From Clostridiales bacterium (lineage in GTDB: Bacteria > Bacillota > Clostridia > Saccharofermentanales > Saccharofermentanaceae): 64,000 nt of DNA. Of this stretch, positions 37,683-47,119 are shown piece by piece. The notes beneath the pieces were generated by a model. The model did not search any database, was not told where the DNA came from, and saw only the letters and a list, made by a program, of their open reading frames with translations. The stretch's first letter is position 1, and every line of letters begins with the position of its first letter. Location of the stretch: the NCBI GenBank assembly GCA_017451265.1, contig JAFSPU010000010.1:6818-70817 (forward strand), given 5' to 3'. The position numbers and the translations under genes are program-made.

Positions 37683-39278
37683 ATGAGAAAAGTATCTTTG
37701 CTTGATTGTACATTGAGAGATGGCGGATATATTAATAATTGGGAATTCGGTTATAAAGGTATTAAGGATATTATCCTTAAACTCGAACAAACCGGGATTG
37801 AAATGATTGAAGTTGGTTTTTTAAAAGGCGATACTTATAATCCTGATAGAAGTGTATTTCCTGATTTAGTTTCTATAAAGAATATATTGACACATAAAGT
37901 AGGCAAAATAGTATATGTTGGTATGCTTGATATGAGCGATCCACTATCTATTGATAAGATTCCACCATATGATGGTACATCAATAGATGGCATTAGGGTC
38001 ATTTTCAAGAAAAACAAGATTAATGAAGCATATAAGATTTGTACTCACATAAAAAACGCAGGATATAGACTATTTGTAAATTTCGTTAGTATCGATTCCT
38101 ATACGGATAAAGAGTTCATAGAAAGCCTTGAAAGATTCAACGCTTTACATCCAGATGGCGTCACAATAGTTGACACATTTGGAGTACTTAAACGGAAACA
38201 TTTCATGCGATTAGTAGCCATTGCTGATAATAATCTCGATGAAGAAATAAGCCTATGCTATCATGCTCACAATAATCTTCAACAAGCCTTTGGAAATGCA
38301 GAATCATTTGTTGAAATGAATTTGCAACGAGACATTGTTATTGATGCGTGTGTTTTTGGTATGGGAAGAGGTGCAGGAAATCTCAATTTAGAACTCTTTG
38401 CAGAGTATATGAATGATAATTATGGAACTAGTTATAAAATAACTCCTATGCTAGAAATCATGGATGAATATTTAAGCGAATTCTACAACACTAAGTTTTG
38501 GGGTTATTCTCTCCCACTTTATCTTTCAGCCTGTCATAAATGCCATCCAAACTACTCTATATATCTAGCAGAAAAGAATACTTTGTCTGAAAAAGCATTT
38601 GATGAGTTATTAAAGAGTATTAGTAGTGAAGACAAACTGGTGTTTAGTAAGGAAAAGGCAGAGTTGTACTATAAGAAGTACATGGAAAACTATATTGATG
38701 ACCAAGAAAGCCTTTCTAAATTAATAAAAATATTTAAAGATAAGAGAGTTCTTCTATTGGCCCCAGGGAAAACCTTGAATTCTTATCATGATAGAATAGA
38801 TCGATATATTGACAATTCAACAATTGTATTATGCATAAACTTCTATGATGAATTGTATGAACCTTCATTCGTTTTTACAAGTAATAGCAGAAGAATCAAC
38901 CGATTATCGAATCAAAAAAAAGCGAAGATAATTGTTACTTCAAACATAAAAGAGAATCAAACAGCGGATTATACTATCAATTATTCTTCATATACATCCG
39001 AAATCAACGACATTTACGATAATTCAGGTCTTATAGCACTTAGATTACTTACTAAATTGAGTGTAAAGGAAGTCTTTATTGCCGGCATGGATGGATATTC
39101 AGAAGAGGAAAAAGGTGACTACTATAAAGAAGGATTTGAATCGTATCACACTTCAAAAATGTTTCCGAAGAACGAATTGATTTCTAAGGAAATACAAGAA
39201 ATACAAAAGTACTTGAACATATTTTTCATTACTCCAACTAATTATTCTATTAATAATGATATTGCACTCAATAATTAA
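37683..39278 (+). CDS. DRE-TIM (HMGL-like / 4-hydroxy-2-oxovalerate aldolase-like) enzyme with C-terminal Rossmann-like domain
   Basis: LLDCTLRDGGY, HAHNNLQ, GMGRGAGN, CHPNY; C-terminal APGKT and IAGMDGY. Confidence 0.85.
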   Translation: MRKVSLLDCTLRDGGYINNWEFGYKGIKDIILKLEQTGIEMIEVGFLKGDTYNPDRSVFPDLVSIKNILTHKVGKIVYVGMLDMSDPLSIDKIPPYDGTSIDGIRVIFKKNKINEAYKICTHIKNAGYRLFVNFVSIDSYTDKEFIESLERFNALHPDGVTIVDTFGVLKRKHFMRLVAIADNNLDEEISLCYHAHNNLQQAFGNAESFVEMNLQRDIVIDACVFGMGRGAGNLNLELFAEYMNDNYGTSYKITPMLEIMDEYLSEFYNTKFWGYSLPLYLSACHKCHPNYSIYLAEKNTLSEKAFDELLKSISSEDKLVFSKEKAELYYKKYMENYIDDQESLSKLIKIFKDKRVLLLAPGKTLNSYHDRIDRYIDNSTIVLCINFYDELYEPSFVFTSNSRRINRLSNQKKAKIIVTSNIKENQTADYTINYSSYTSEINDIYDNSGLIALRLLTKLSVKEVFIAGMDGYSEEEKGDYYKEGFESYHTSKMFPKNELISKEIQEIQKYLNIFFITPTNYSINNDIALNN

Positions 39279-39311
39279 TGCTTTTGCAAGAAGGAAATGA
39301 AGGATAAATAT

Positions 39312-40427
39312 ATGAGCATTCTAGTAACTCGTTCGTCGATGCCTAGTTTCGAAGAATACTGCGAAGAGATCAAAGACCTTTGGGAAAGCCATTGGCTAAC
39401 TAATATGGGCATAAAACACCAATTATTTCAAAAACAGCTAGAGGATTTCCTAGAGTGTCCTCATGTAGCATTATACACAAATGGCCATCTCGCTTTGGAA
39501 AACTCTATCGCTTCAATGAATTTCCCTAATGGAGCTGAGGTTATTACTACCCCATTCACTTTTGTTTCCACAACACATGCTATTGTAAGAAATTCATTAA
39601 CTCCTATTTTTTGTGATATTAAACCAGATGATTTCACAATCGATCCTGAAAAAATAGAAACTTTGATTACTGAAAGAACAGTAGCAATAGTACCAGTACA
39701 TGTATATGGAAATATATGTGATATTGATGCGATTGAATCAATTGCAAAAAAACATAATCTTAAAGTTATATATGATGCTGCACACTCTTTTGGAGAAAAA
39801 TACAAAGGCGTATCTACCGCAAACTTTGGGGATGCATCAGTTTTCAGTTTTCATGCAACAAAAGTCTTTAATACAATTGAAGGTGGTGCAGTTTGTTTTA
39901 AGGATGATAATCTCATCTCGATATTAAACGATATGAAGAACTTTGGTATTCGTGATGCTGAAAACGTAGTTTATGTAGGTGGAAACGCCAAAATGAGTGA
40001 GTTTCAAGCAGCAATGGGAATTTGTAATCTACGCCATATTAAAACCGAAATTGAAAAGCGAAAGAATGTTGCAGAGAGATATAGATGCAACTTAAATGGT
40101 GTAAAAGGAATCAAACTTTGTGAACCTAAGGATAATGCTATATATAATTATGCATATTTCCCTGTAGCTTTTGATGGATATGATACTAATAGGGACAATA
40201 TACTACTTGAATTAAAGAAAAATGACATCATTGCACGTAAGTATTTCTATCCACTTACTAGTGATTTGCAATGTTATAAACATCTTTCTAGCGCAAATAA
40301 CAACAAAACACCAATTGCAACCTATTGGTCTGATAGAATATTGACACTGCCAATGTATGCCGATTTATGTCTTGAGGATGTTGATCGTATTTGTAAAATA
40401 GTGATACAAAAGAACTCTACTTTCTAA
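39312..40427 (+). CDS. vioA: DegT/DnrJ sugar aminotransferase, VioA-like (dTDP-Qui4N)
   Basis: WLTNMG, YTNGH, YDAAH, SFHATKVFNTIEGG, ARKYFYP. Confidence 0.8.
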   Translation: MSILVTRSSMPSFEEYCEEIKDLWESHWLTNMGIKHQLFQKQLEDFLECPHVALYTNGHLALENSIASMNFPNGAEVITTPFTFVSTTHAIVRNSLTPIFCDIKPDDFTIDPEKIETLITERTVAIVPVHVYGNICDIDAIESIAKKHNLKVIYDAAHSFGEKYKGVSTANFGDASVFSFHATKVFNTIEGGAVCFKDDNLISILNDMKNFGIRDAENVVYVGGNAKMSEFQAAMGICNLRHIKTEIEKRKNVAERYRCNLNGVKGIKLCEPKDNAIYNYAYFPVAFDGYDTNRDNILLELKKNDIIARKYFYPLTSDLQCYKHLSSANNNKTPIATYWSDRILTLPMYADLCLEDVDRICKIVIQKNSTF

Positions 40428-41385
40428 TTATTCGATGGTAGACGTCCATTATCAAAGGACAATATGCGTTCAAGTATAATCCGACCTTTCTTCTCAAATC
40501 CATATCTTTTATAAATTTCCGGTATTTTTCGTCCTTTAATACAGCTTTATACCTTCTATTGGCAATATCAGCACGATAATAACAACCCACAATAGCCTGC
40601 TCAATTACCTCGTGTTTTTTGTGATCTAAATACTCATCAATATTTTGAAGCATCAATACCTCGTGTTTCATTAATTCTTCAAACTTCTGAGGATTACCAA
40701 ATATTCTTGATGACCATGATCCTTTTGTACCATGTCGATACACAGACATTACACGACCGTAGTAATGTACTCGTCCAGAAGAAGTTAAATATAATGATTG
40801 TGGAAAATCTCCAACTTCTGGCTCATAAAAGCATTTAGGGCGTATCGCATACTCTCTTCTATACAACACAGAAGAAATGTGATAACAACTCAATCCACCT
40901 TTGGCTACCTCATCAAAAAGAATCTCTTTATCCTTTAAGCCAAACATTGGCCTTTCTTTTCCCGTCTTACAATCATGGATTAAAGAATTATGTGTACAAG
41001 CTGAATAATCTAGATGTTTTTCTAGAAAATCATATTCCAGTTGGAGTTTGCGATCATCACACCAATAATCATCACCTTCACATATGCCTATATATTTACC
41101 ACTCATCATCGGAAATAAAATCTGATTAAGGACGATAACGCCCTTAGAATACTGGTTTTCCGTTTCCAACACGGGCTTAATGATATCTGGATACTTATTG
41201 GCATATTCTTTTATTATTTCCGCAGTACCATCTGTAGATGCATCATCATGAACAAAGACCTCATACTTAAAACTAGTCTTTTGATTAACGAACCCATCAA
41301 GTGCGCTCTTTATATATGGCGCATGGTTATATGCCATACAATAAACACTCACTTTAATACTTTCATCTTTCTGATAGTTTGTCAT
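40417..41385 (-). CDS. GT2 glycosyltransferase
   Basis: HDDASTDGT, CEGDDYWCD..KLQ. Confidence 0.9.
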   Translation of the reverse strand: MTNYQKDESIKVSVYCMAYNHAPYIKSALDGFVNQKTSFKYEVFVHDDASTDGTAEIIKEYANKYPDIIKPVLETENQYSKGVIVLNQILFPMMSGKYIGICEGDDYWCDDRKLQLEYDFLEKHLDYSACTHNSLIHDCKTGKERPMFGLKDKEILFDEVAKGGLSCYHISSVLYRREYAIRPKCFYEPEVGDFPQSLYLTSSGRVHYYGRVMSVYRHGTKGSWSSRIFGNPQKFEELMKHEVLMLQNIDEYLDHKKHEVIEQAIVGCYYRADIANRRYKAVLKDEKYRKFIKDMDLRRKVGLYLNAYCPLIMDVYHRIIRK

Positions 41386-41420
41386 TACTCTTACTCTTTC
41401 GCTTTATCACAAGGATAATA

Positions 41421-42461
41421 CTAATTGTTACGTTTTTGGGTGACTGACTTTTTCAGACTCTTAACGCGACTTAAAAAACCAAAAAGACTGTATCTTGAGA
41501 TTCTTAATACACTAATAACAATGTAGTCTTTAACACATGCCGATTTCAACATATAACTATATATCAGGGGTGTATTTGACTTAATCCCGCTATCAAACTT
41601 TTTGAGTTTGTTCTTGGAATCAACATCTCCAATAGATAAATAGAGAAACAATTGTGTACGACAAACTCCGGAAATAATACTCTTGGCAATTATCTCTTGT
41701 GATGGAGTGTATTTACTCTCTCCAAAACAAGTCAACATACTATTGCACACTTGTAAGTGTTCACCATTACGTCTAATCATATTCTCCCTGTTACAGCTCT
41801 GTTCAGCAGTTCCAAACAAATAGTTGTAAACAGGACTATCAAAGTAAGCAATACTATTTACCAACGAAATGGGATACAAAACATATTCTTTATCAACATA
41901 GAAGCAATGTTCGTCTATCTTACGACCGCACCTATTAAGTATTTCTGTTCTATATGTTACTGCATGCATGACTACATCATACCAAGAAGGCAACTTCTCA
42001 ACCGAATACACCTTGTAAGGTTCTATATCCTTGTTATTAGTTATTACACCTTGAATCGTCTTAACATTTGATGCGTTATCAACGATAAAGAAAGGACTAA
42101 TTACCAAATCTGCATCTAGGTCTCTCAACCCAATTACAAGCCTCTCAAATCCGTCTGCCTCTACCCAGTCATCAGAATCAACCACTTTAAAATACTTGCC
42201 GGTTGCCGCTTTGAGGCTGGAATTAATTGTTGAACCGTGCCCACCATTTTCTTTATCAACCACCTTAATTATTTCAGGGAATTGATCCTGATATTTCTTT
42301 GCTATTCTTAAGGTATCATCTTTTGATCCATCATTAACGATGATAATCTCGATTTCATCCTTAACACTGTCAATCAACATCGAATCTACGCACTTATCAA
42401 TGTACTCAGCACAATTATATGCAGCTACACTCACGGTCAACACTTTTTGCTTAGTAATCAT
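41421..42461 (-). CDS. GT2 glycosyltransferase
   Basis: VNDGSKD, KENGGHGSTIN, VDSDD. Confidence 0.9.
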   Translation of the reverse strand: MITKQKVLTVSVAAYNCAEYIDKCVDSMLIDSVKDEIEIIIVNDGSKDDTLRIAKKYQDQFPEIIKVVDKENGGHGSTINSSLKAATGKYFKVVDSDDWVEADGFERLVIGLRDLDADLVISPFFIVDNASNVKTIQGVITNNKDIEPYKVYSVEKLPSWYDVVMHAVTYRTEILNRCGRKIDEHCFYVDKEYVLYPISLVNSIAYFDSPVYNYLFGTAEQSCNRENMIRRNGEHLQVCNSMLTCFGESKYTPSQEIIAKSIISGVCRTQLFLYLSIGDVDSKNKLKKFDSGIKSNTPLIYSYMLKSACVKDYIVISVLRISRYSLFGFLSRVKSLKKSVTQKRNN

Positions 42462-42465
42462 TACA

Positions 42466-43431
42466 TTATTTCTTCCTTATGATAATGAGAGAAAATCTAT
42501 ATAAAAACGGAACATATGCAAATAACAACATCTCAATCTTCTTAACTCGCTTCAACGAGTACTTATTTGCAATTATATTATTAACATTTTCTTTAATAAG
42601 ACGCCTTAAATTTAAAACCTCTGCATCTATTTTTGCACCACTCAATAAACCTCTTCTAACAAACAATCCCATATAGTAAGACAGATAACCGGTCATTATT
42701 CGGTTATGATCGACACCACTTAATTCACAAGAATCATCGAGAACATAGTCTAGTGATTCCAACAGAGAGTAGTAACCGGAGGAGAATTTAGATTTTGTAA
42801 TTGATCCTTTGCGCATCCTATAGTAATACATCGGTTGCTTAGCATATGCGACTTTATCTGCCCTTTTGAAAATATCATACATCAAAGCAATATCTTCAAA
42901 TAATTTTCCTTCCGGATAACACAAACCATCAAAGAGCCACCTGCGATACAGTCTGGTTCCTGAACAACACTTGTAACCGCTATCATCAAGAAGTCCTGAT
43001 ATTGCTTGTTCTTTACTTAAGATTGTGTAATCTCCGTTTTCGCAATTGAATTGATTCAAATCAGAACAACAATCACACAATGCCATGCTACTGTCGGATT
43101 CAAGTATAGCCGTCAGTAGAGTCTGAACAAACTTACTGTGAAGCATATCATCGCTATCAACAAATCCGATAAAATCTCCTTTGATGATCTTTAACCCTGC
43201 GTTTCTGGCACTTGGAGAACCACCATTATCTTTGTTGATCAACAATACTCTATTATCACTTTGGGCGTATTCTTCACAAATTGACAGAGAAGCATCAGTA
43301 GATCCATCATTTACCAATACTATCTCTATATTCCGATATTCTTGCCCACAAACAGAATCCAAACACTCTCTGAGGTAATCTTCGGCATTGAATATTGGAA
43401 TTATAATACTAACTAGTGGTTCAGAACTCAT
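42466..43431 (-). CDS. GT2 glycosyltransferase (EpsJ-like)
   Basis: VSIIIP, NDGSTD, ARNAGL, FVDSDD, FED. Confidence 0.9.
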   Translation of the reverse strand: MSSEPLVSIIIPIFNAEDYLRECLDSVCGQEYRNIEIVLVNDGSTDASLSICEEYAQSDNRVLLINKDNGGSPSARNAGLKIIKGDFIGFVDSDDMLHSKFVQTLLTAILESDSSMALCDCCSDLNQFNCENGDYTILSKEQAISGLLDDSGYKCCSGTRLYRRWLFDGLCYPEGKLFEDIALMYDIFKRADKVAYAKQPMYYYRMRKGSITKSKFSSGYYSLLESLDYVLDDSCELSGVDHNRIMTGYLSYYMGLFVRRGLLSGAKIDAEVLNLRRLIKENVNNIIANKYSLKRVKKIEMLLFAYVPFLYRFSLIIIRKK

Positions 43432-43470
43432 TTATGAAATCTCTCGTATACATCATCTAGATAGTTTCTT

Positions 43471-44373
43471 TCAAGAAACAAACTCTATACTCGGATTAAA
43501 GCTCTTTCCCTCTCTAATCCCATCAAATAAGATCTTAATCTTTTTCTTCTTATCACTAGGAGACTTTATTAGTATATTTAATACAGTGAAAGCTATCTTT
43601 GCAAACAAATAGAAATTCCCTCGTAAGCCATACTGCTTATAGCAGTGAACATCATTCCTATAGACGTATTTATAGCGATCTATTCGATCAGGAGTTTCCT
43701 TTGCAAAATTGATTTTTTTGTTTTCCTTCATTTTATGGTGAACTACGCTGTCAGGAATCACATATACTCCATATCCAGCTCGATTAATTCTACCGGTAAA
43801 CTCATAATCATCAGTCCAAATGAAGTATTCCCCTATTGGTAGTCCAATTTTACTTATCACTTCAGCCTTAACTAACAAAGACACAAACGAAGCCATTTCA
43901 ACTTTAATTGGTGAACCCTTAGAATACTCTTCATCCGTAACAAAACTCATCAATGTCTTCTTTTGTCTGTTAGCCTTGCATACGCTTTCATCTGTCCACA
44001 ACGCTTTGCTGGATAGAGCTCCCCAATTATCCGGCAATAACTTGGCAGCATCATATAATTTGCAAAGTGAATCATGATTCGGAACTGTATCATCATCCAT
44101 GATCCAAACATATTTGTAATCTGCCTTTATAGCCTCTCGTACTCCATACTGGAAACCTCCGGCCCCACCTAGATTCGCACCTGTATTAAAATAATGAATC
44201 TCTGAACAGTCAAATTCATCTCTTATCATCTGTTCAGTGCCGTCGTTACTTGCATTATCCACAACAAAAACATCAGCTCTTACATTTTGCTGATTTAGCA
44301 AGGCTTGCAAATTTTGCTTCAATAGATCCTTACGATTATAAGTAACAACAACTGCAACTATTTCATTACTCAT
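43471..44373 (-). CDS. GT2, GlfT1/WbbN-like (possible galactofuranosyltransferase)
   Basis: VVTYNRK, NLGGAGGF, WIMDDD, YFIWTDD; start moved to 44373. Confidence 0.75.
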   Translation of the reverse strand: MSNEIVAVVVTYNRKDLLKQNLQALLNQQNVRADVFVVDNASNDGTEQMIRDEFDCSEIHYFNTGANLGGAGGFQYGVREAIKADYKYVWIMDDDTVPNHDSLCKLYDAAKLLPDNWGALSSKALWTDESVCKANRQKKTLMSFVTDEEYSKGSPIKVEMASFVSLLVKAEVISKIGLPIGEYFIWTDDYEFTGRINRAGYGVYVIPDSVVHHKMKENKKINFAKETPDRIDRYKYVYRNDVHCYKQYGLRGNFYLFAKIAFTVLNILIKSPSDKKKKIKILFDGIREGKSFNPSIEFVS

Positions 44374-44378
44374 GTTAC

Positions 44379-45050
44379 TTATCTGGAACCATCCTGAGCT
44401 ACTACTACATAAATTGTCTTCCACATAAGTTTCAGATCTAAGCCGATGCTCATATTCTCGATATAATCGAGATCCATCTCGACCCACTCATCCCACGGTA
44501 CATCAACACGGCCGCTTACTTGCCATATGCATGTAAGTCCGGGACGAACTGTATATCTCTGCATATCATACGGGTCCTCTTCCATGTCCGTAGTACCGAT
44601 AGGTCTCGGTCCTACGATACTCATCTCACCCTTGAACACATTCCAAAGCTGCGGCAGCTCGTCGATGGATGTTCTTCTCAAGAAATTACCGATCTTGGTA
44701 ATTCTCGGATCATTATCAATCTTATATGCAAGTCCGTTCTTATCCTCTTCCTTAAGAACTTCCTTAAGTTTCGCTTCAGCATCAACACACATACTTCTGA
44801 ACTTGTGCATAGGAAACCTCTTCATGTCCTTGCCATAACGTCTTGCCGTAAAGAAAACAGGACCCCCGTCTTCCTTCTTAATAAGAATTGCTACAACAGC
44901 AAAAAGCGGAAGCAGAAGTATCAAAGCAATTCCGGATGCAATAATATCAAAAGCACGTTTAACAAATTTGTACAGAATAGGCTTTTTCTTATATACGGCC
45001 TTCATATCCTGACCGACATGCTTTCTTTCGACTGTTCTTACTGCAACCAT
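44379..45050 (-). CDS. Small priming phosphoglycosyltransferase (bacterial sugar transferase)
   Basis: KRAFDI, KFRSM, DPRIT, SIDELPQL, VGPRP. Confidence 0.93.
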   Translation of the reverse strand: MVAVRTVERKHVGQDMKAVYKKKPILYKFVKRAFDIIASGIALILLLPLFAVVAILIKKEDGGPVFFTARRYGKDMKRFPMHKFRSMCVDAEAKLKEVLKEEDKNGLAYKIDNDPRITKIGNFLRRTSIDELPQLWNVFKGEMSIVGPRPIGTTDMEEDPYDMQRYTVRPGLTCIWQVSGRVDVPWDEWVEMDLDYIENMSIGLDLKLMWKTIYVVVAQDGSR

Positions 45051-45176
45051 CTATTCTTCCTACCAAGAGAATCTAGAACTCCATTTTATCTACTGGATAT
45101 GCGGAGTACTTATAAGATAATACCTCAATGATAAGATTACAGCAAAGACTTATAGCTAAGAGAAACACTGATATAA

Positions 45177-45204
45177 CAAAAAAGGACCGGTCATCCGGTC
45201 CTTT
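45177..45204 (-). terminator. rpmB terminator
   Basis: AAAGGACCGG-ATGA-CCGGTCCTTT plus T-run. Confidence 0.85.
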
Positions 45205-45233
45205 AGTAATCCTTTGATATAAAAGACTTCCGA

Positions 45234-45431
45234 TTATGCTCTCTTTACGAGACCGGAACGAAGGCAGCGTGTGCAGACCTTCATTGTCTTGGGGGTGCCG
45301 TCAACAACGACCTTTACGCTGTGAACGTTGGGCTGCTGCTGTGAGAGGGCACGACGAGAAATCTGCGAACGTGTGATTCTTATCTTTCTACCAAAAAATG
45401 TGTCCTTCTGACAAACTTCGCACTTAGCCAT
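45234..45431 (-). CDS. rpmB: 50S ribosomal protein L28
   Basis: MAKCEVC...VCTRCLRSGLVKRA; SD AGGAGG. Confidence 0.93.
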   Translation of the reverse strand: MAKCEVCQKDTFFGRKIRITRSQISRRALSQQQPNVHSVKVVVDGTPKTMKVCTRCLRSGLVKRA

Positions 45432-45472
45432 TCGGATACACCTCCTTCTTTTCTTCTTAAAACGCAAGAGAG

Positions 45473-45501
45473 ATAATACCACAGGGGAATCAAGTTTGCA
45501 A
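45473..45501 (-). promoter_or_regulatory. sigmaA promoter of rpmB
   Basis: TTGCAA-17nt-TATTAT with extended TG. Confidence 0.7.
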
Positions 45502-45521
45502 CCTAAAAATTCCCTGTTTTA

Positions 45522-46730
45522 TTAATCCGAGAACACTCTCCTCACGCTGACGATTCTGGACGCCAGATCACTGTCCGCCGTAAACTCCCTAAGCCTTATG
45601 GTAGTGCCCGCAGGCGAGCGCATCAGCAGCGTACCCGTATCCGTGCACAGAGCCGCCTCGTAGCCCCCTGAGCCCACATTAGACGACAGGAAGACTATGT
45701 CTCCGGGGATAATGGATTCTATCATCAGGTCGCCCGTAACAGCATCATACTCGAGCGGTACGGCCGTGCCCGCCTCCATCTGGTCCTCCAGGGTCCTCGG
45801 CATCACAATGCCGTTCACGCACGAGCACACGTAGATCAGGCCATTCATGGATATTCCCTGCTTGGAGATGCCGTTCTCAAAGTACATGGCGTTCACCAGC
45901 GACAGCGCGGAAGACACGAAATAACGGGAAGATACGACTTCGATCGAGGATCTGGGCTCGATCTCGATTACGCCGGAAGATCCGATCCAACCGGTATCTC
46001 CTCCCGGCAGCGAAACCTGGTAAACACCGTCACGCTTGACGTCAGCGTACAGCACAGTGTTCATCATTACCTGTGTGATCAGCGTGCCCTGGCTTGCGTG
46101 GGTCATTACATTCTTCGATGAATCTGAGATTACGAGCATATACTCGTGCAGGTCGGGCTCTACCGAAGATGTATCGGCAATGAGGTCCACGGTCTTCACA
46201 TAACCCTCGATCCCGTCCGTGGTGCGGATAAGCGTATACTCAGGGTCGCTGCTGTCCAGCACCTTCACGGGCTCGTTATAAAGCACCTGGGTAATCCTGT
46301 CAGACGTGATATCAGGGCGCTCGAGCACATTCGTAACCGACACGCTCACCACGCGGTAAGACTCGTCATACTCAAGGTTTACGGACCTTTCCACGAAAAG
46401 CTCGATGTTAGTGCCCCTGAACAGGTCAGGCAGCGTCTTCGGCAGTATTACGAAAATGGCTGTGATTATAAGTCCCGTCACGAGGATGGCTGCGATGAAT
46501 CTTATAAGCATGTGGCGGCCCTTGGAGGCAACTGTGGCGTCACGCTTGCCAAGGCCCCACATATCGTACATGTCCTCGGCCTTACCATAGTCACCCGAAA
46601 GGTCCGCGGCCTCGTTAAGGAAGGATGCGGCATCCTCTACATGTCGTATTCCCTTATCGGTGCCTTCGTACGGCTTATCGGGCCTCAGTCCGCCCTTCTT
46701 GCTGCTACTTTGTTCAGACGACTTCTTCAT
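45522..46730 (-). CDS. Membrane-anchored SH3b-SH3b-NlpC/P60 protein, catalytically degenerate
   Basis: TQVLYNEPV SH3-like segment; NGIVMPR..DQ and PGDIVF; DCSG replaced by SMNG. Confidence 0.7.
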   Translation of the reverse strand: MKKSSEQSSSKKGGLRPDKPYEGTDKGIRHVEDAASFLNEAADLSGDYGKAEDMYDMWGLGKRDATVASKGRHMLIRFIAAILVTGLIITAIFVILPKTLPDLFRGTNIELFVERSVNLEYDESYRVVSVSVTNVLERPDITSDRITQVLYNEPVKVLDSSDPEYTLIRTTDGIEGYVKTVDLIADTSSVEPDLHEYMLVISDSSKNVMTHASQGTLITQVMMNTVLYADVKRDGVYQVSLPGGDTGWIGSSGVIEIEPRSSIEVVSSRYFVSSALSLVNAMYFENGISKQGISMNGLIYVCSCVNGIVMPRTLEDQMEAGTAVPLEYDAVTGDLMIESIIPGDIVFLSSNVGSGGYEAALCTDTGTLLMRSPAGTTIRLREFTADSDLASRIVSVRRVFSD

Positions 46731-47118
46731 CGGTTAAAAGCACACAGAAAGCTGTGGCGTAATCTTTCTCATGGGTTATGGACACGGACGCGGAAACGAC
46801 CTTAAGCTCCTTCACAAGCTCTGCCGCCTTGCCCTTAAATGTCACCTGCGGAGCGCCGCTTTCGTCAGGCAGGACCTCCACGTCAGTCATGGCGAGCTTC
46901 TCCGTGAGAATGCCTGTGCCGAGGGCCTTGGAGACAGCCTCTTTGGCCGCGAACCTGCCCGCAATGATCTCGGCCTGTCTCTCAGGAGACTTGTGCGAGA
47001 GCGCGTACTTCTTCTCGGGGGCGGTGCAGCACCTGTCGATAAACGGCTCGCCGCTTCTTTCCAGGCTTCTCACGATCCTCGGGATGTAGACGGTGTCGAC
47101 CCCGCTTCTCACCTTCAT
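46714..47118 (-). CDS. acpS: Holo-ACP synthase
   Basis: GVD, AGRFAAKEAVSKALGTG, VSITHE. Confidence 0.95.
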   Translation of the reverse strand: MKVRSGVDTVYIPRIVRSLERSGEPFIDRCCTAPEKKYALSHKSPERQAEIIAGRFAAKEAVSKALGTGILTEKLAMTDVEVLPDESGAPQVTFKGKAAELVKELKVVSASVSITHEKDYATAFCVLLTDEEVV

Positions 47119-47119
47119 T

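Larger units (their letters stand above)
31330..45050. other. AT-rich, horizontally variable polysaccharide cassette (two convergent arms)
   Basis: Spot GC about 35% versus about 55% elsewhere; sharp change right after the serS stop. Confidence 0.75.

Noticed and set aside
31319-45230. Integrative element or prophage at serS
   Set aside because: No integrase, transposase or phage genes, and no duplicated serS 3' end seen
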